The notes beneath the pieces were generated by a model. That model made no database searches, was not told where the DNA came from, and saw only the letters and a list, made by a program, of their open reading frames with translations. Of a stretch of DNA of 31,820 nt, positions 28,923 to 31,820 are shown piece by piece; position 1 is the stretch's first letter, and every line of letters starts with the position of its first letter. The DNA is taken from positions 1 to 31,820 of the IMG/VR virus record IMGVR_UViG_3300046820_002180; one strand, 5' to 3'. Made by a program: the position numbers and the translations under genes. The DNA is from a virus (Duplodnaviria; Heunggongvirae; Uroviricota; Caudoviricetes).

Positions 28923-29864
28923 ATGGGTGTATCTAATGATGATTATGAACCAATTATCGAAATACTAGAAGATATTCTAGGTGACCATCGTATGCATAAT
29001 GACTATAAAGGTCAGATGTCATTCGATTGTCCTGTTTGTTCATATGAGTTAAAAGGTTTGGACCACGGAGATGGTAAAGGTAATTTAGAGGTTAATTATA
29101 GACACAACGTTTATAAATGTTGGGCTTGTAGTGAAGTGAACTACACTCACGGTTCATTACATAAATTAATTAAAAAATATGGAACAACCAAACATTTAAA
29201 AAGATACGAGTTATTAGTACCCGAAGAAAGTTTTGAAAACGGTAAACCAAATTTTAAAGCAGTTAAATTACCTGATGAATTTATTCCATTTTCTAAAGTT
29301 AGTGCTGGTTTAAAACTAACACACTATTACAAGACGGCACTAAACTATGTTCGTAAAAGAAATATAACCGATGATATGTTAACAAAATATAACATCGGAT
29401 TTTGTTATAAGGGTCCATATGCGAATAGAATTATAATCCCTTCATATGATGCCGAAAATAGATTAAATTATTTCATTGCAAGGTCGTATGAAGCAAAGAC
29501 TAAATTCAAATACAAAAACCCCGAAGCACAAAAAGAAATTATAATATTCAACGAATATCTAATTGATTGGTTTATGCCGATTTATATTGTTGAGGGAGCG
29601 TTCGATAGTATTTTCTTACCCAACTCAATTCCAATGTTAGGTAAAGTTATGGGAGAAAAATTATTTAGTCTGTTATATGAAAAGGCGTTAGGTGTTGTTG
29701 TAGTATTAGATGGGGATGCTTGGGAAAACTCTCAAAAGATTTATCACAAACTAAATGGCGGTAGATTGTTTGGAAAAGTATGGACAATAAAATTACCATT
29801 GGATAAGGATATTGCTGACCTTCAAGGTAAATTGGATAATTACGAAAAAATACAGTTAGATTAA
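28923..29864 (+). CDS. DNA primase (Zn finger + TOPRIM, DnaG / T4 gp61-like)
   Basis: CPVC...CWAC zinc finger, RIIIP, KYKNP, IVEGAFD, VLDGDA, KDIAD. Start revised to the ATG at 28923 because the GTG at 28872 lies inside the terminator. Confidence 0.9.
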   Translation: MGVSNDDYEPIIEILEDILGDHRMHNDYKGQMSFDCPVCSYELKGLDHGDGKGNLEVNYRHNVYKCWACSEVNYTHGSLHKLIKKYGTTKHLKRYELLVPEESFENGKPNFKAVKLPDEFIPFSKVSAGLKLTHYYKTALNYVRKRNITDDMLTKYNIGFCYKGPYANRIIIPSYDAENRLNYFIARSYEAKTKFKYKNPEAQKEIIIFNEYLIDWFMPIYIVEGAFDSIFLPNSIPMLGKVMGEKLFSLLYEKALGVVVVLDGDAWENSQKIYHKLNGGRLFGKVWTIKLPLDKDIADLQGKLDNYEKIQLD

Positions 29865-29865
29865 T

Positions 29866-30723
29866 ATGAATTTATTAGAAATCTCAAAAGAGATAAACAA
29901 TTTATTAGAAGAAAGAAGAAAAGATTTAGAACTGTCATTCATAGAAGAAGAGCACATCTACTATATGAAGGATACTAATGGTGTGTTAAGAAAAACATTC
30001 CCATCTGTATCTAAAGTTGTTAAGAAATTTCATAAGTCATTTGACGCTGAGGGGACCTCATTAAGAATGTGTAATGGGGACCCCATAGCCGCTAAAGAAT
30101 TACAAGAACAATGGAAAGCGACCGGTCTTTATGCAACAAATATGGGTAGTCGTGTTCACTTCGAATTGGAGAGTGATTTAGTTGAGAGACTTGAAAACTA
30201 CAAAGAAGTTCGTAAACCAATATTTGAATGTGACGAAGCTCAACTTACTAAGAGTGACAATATGATTGTTGCAGGTAAACAATTTCTCGACCTAATGTTA
30301 GAGAGAGGTGCAGTTCTTATCGATACTGAAATTGTTTTAGGTGATAATGAATTAGGATATACAGGACAACCTGATAAGATATGGTTAATGAGTAACAAAG
30401 AAGGTACGGACTTTGGAATTGTTGTTACCGATTGGAAAACAAACCAACCTAAGAACTTTGAAGTACAACATTACACGGGTAGAATGTACCCACCATTCCA
30501 AGAATATCACGATACCGCATTAGGTCACTATTATATTCAACTTCCACTTTATGCGAGGTTATTGATTAAGATGTTAAAAGGAACAAAGTATGAGAACATT
30601 AAATTATTGGGGTGTGTGATTGTTTTATTAAAAGAAGACGGCACATTCGTTGAATACAAAGTTCCACCACAAATTAATAACACACTCCTTCAAATGGATT
30701 TAACAAAATACACTAAAAAATGA
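29866..30723 (+). CDS. PD-(D/E)XK exonuclease (RecB / lambda-exo-like)
   Basis: PSVS, GSRVH, E...GYTGQPD, TDWKT and YYIQLPLY motifs. Confidence 0.85.
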   Translation: MNLLEISKEINNLLEERRKDLELSFIEEEHIYYMKDTNGVLRKTFPSVSKVVKKFHKSFDAEGTSLRMCNGDPIAAKELQEQWKATGLYATNMGSRVHFELESDLVERLENYKEVRKPIFECDEAQLTKSDNMIVAGKQFLDLMLERGAVLIDTEIVLGDNELGYTGQPDKIWLMSNKEGTDFGIVVTDWKTNQPKNFEVQHYTGRMYPPFQEYHDTALGHYYIQLPLYARLLIKMLKGTKYENIKLLGCVIVLLKEDGTFVEYKVPPQINNTLLQMDLTKYTKK

Positions 30724-31538
30724 TTAAGAAAATAATTCACATTGCTGACATTCATATTCGTACAATTCAATTGCACGATTTGTATAGAGAACAATTTGAA
30801 ACATTAATTGATGAGATACGAGAACATAATATCGTGTGGCATCAAGAAGGTATTCAGTATGAAGAAATTCGTATAGTTGTTGCAGGGGACATAGCGCATC
30901 AGAAAATAAATATTTCTAATGAACAGTTATTATTAACAAGTTGGTTCCTAAAAGAATTATCCAAATATGGCAAAGTTGTAATTATACCAGGTAATCACGA
31001 TTTCTTGGAAAATAATACACAACGTATGGATAGTATAACACCAGTAGTTCAGTTATTAGACGACCCAACTATTGTTTATTATAAAGATAGTGGTGTTTAT
31101 AATGATGAGAATGTTAATTGGGTCGTGTATTCATTGTATCAACATAATACAAGACCTGAATTTGAAAAAGAAGAAGGTAAATTTCACATAGGATTATTTC
31201 ACGGACCAATTCAAGGACTATCAACTGATATGGGATTTGAATTTGAAGATGCATATGACCAATTAAACTTTGTAGGATTGGATTTATTGTTATGTGGTGA
31301 CATTCATAAGAGACAAACATTCACATTACCCGAAGGTGGTAAAGCGGTTATGATTGGTAGTCTAATTCAACAAAACTTTGGTGAAACAATTAAACATCAC
31401 GGTTATGGAATTTATGATATGGGAAAGAATGAATATACATTTCACGATTTACCAACCGAACAACCATATATGCATTTTAAAATAACAGATATAAACAATA
31501 TTGAAAATGAACAAGAGGAACTTGTTAACCTTGGGTGA
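30720..31538 (+). CDS. Mre11/SbcD-like metallophosphoesterase nuclease (T4 gp47-like)
   Basis: HIADIH, AGD, PGNHD, FHG, CGDIH and GSLIQQNFGE. ATGA overlap with the upstream gene. Confidence 0.9.
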   Translation: MIKKIIHIADIHIRTIQLHDLYREQFETLIDEIREHNIVWHQEGIQYEEIRIVVAGDIAHQKINISNEQLLLTSWFLKELSKYGKVVIIPGNHDFLENNTQRMDSITPVVQLLDDPTIVYYKDSGVYNDENVNWVVYSLYQHNTRPEFEKEEGKFHIGLFHGPIQGLSTDMGFEFEDAYDQLNFVGLDLLLCGDIHKRQTFTLPEGGKAVMIGSLIQQNFGETIKHHGYGIYDMGKNEYTFHDLPTEQPYMHFKITDINNIENEQEELVNLG

Positions 31539-31820
31539 TGAGTTTCTTGAGTATTGTCGATTGAATGACATCAAAGATGTTGAGAAATTGGCAAAAGAAA
31601 CATTTCAAAGGGGTTTCACTATATTGAAGTATGGTGAGACCCCATATGGTATTAAAGGAAATGAAAAGATAGTTGAGAAAGAAGTAATTAAAGAGGTCAT
31701 CGTTGAAAAAGAAATACTCGTTGAAAAAATTGTTGAAGTTATAAAAGAAGTTCCTGTTGAAATAAAAGGAGAAACTCAAATCATAACTAAAGAAGTTATC
31801 AAAGAGGTTACTGTAACAGA
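31507..31820 (+). CDS. Hypothetical protein with V/I-E-K low-complexity repeats, truncated by the window end (absent from the ORF track)
   Basis: ATG at 31507 opens MNKRNLLTLGDEFLEYCRLNDIKDVEKLAKETFQRGFTILKYGETPYG...EKIVEKEVIKEVIVEKEILVEKIVEVIKEVPVE... with no stop before the end. Confidence 0.8.
   Translation, partial: MNKRNLLTLGDEFLEYCRLNDIKDVEKLAKETFQRGFTILKYGETPYGIKGNEKIVEKEVIKEVIVEKEILVEKIVEVIKEVPVEIKGETQIITKEVIKEVTVT

Noticed and set aside
29866-30723. Cas4-like assignment for the PD-(D/E)XK nuclease
   Set aside because: It lacks the C-terminal Cys cluster of the Cas4 Fe-S site, and its context is replication/recombination.
1-31820. Stop-codon reassignment, as in some large phages
   Set aside because: Genes are full-length and densely packed under the standard code, and both TAA and TGA act as stops.

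Overview
AT-rich segment of a large tailed dsDNA phage (myovirus-like, probably jumbo-class). All real genes are on the + strand in the standard code. The host is probably Bacteroidota, inferred from an SprB-type repeat, A-rich leaders without Shine-Dalgarno sites and a Bacteroidota/eukaryote-type NrdA. Order: class Ia ribonucleotide reductase alpha (5'-truncated), a GC-rich structured RNA candidate and terminator, then a baseplate/tail module (gp25-like, gp6/J-like, several large virion proteins, and a 2137-aa gp7/P2-I-like wedge protein). An accessory block follows with Thr-Pro-stalked Cys-rich modular proteins, a free-standing Hint (intein-like) protein and a Pol-beta-type nucleotidyltransferase. 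The window ends with a tail-fibre attachment protein, RuvC-like resolvase, a small RNA candidate, primase, PD-(D/E)XK nuclease, Mre11/SbcD-like nuclease and a truncated V/E/K-repeat ORF. The most unusual part is a candidate virion decoration system at 13149-28133. The wedge protein carries an apparently dead Hint domain and a mucin-like stalk with nine Cys beta-strand 'beads' at steadily increasing spacing. Next to it lie the stand-alone Hint gene, four domain-shuffled TP-stalk proteins (three with Gly-rich tails) and the NTase. A [ST]-G-x-T motif is strongly enriched in the peripheral virion proteins. All domain calls come from motif reading by eye; no searches were run.
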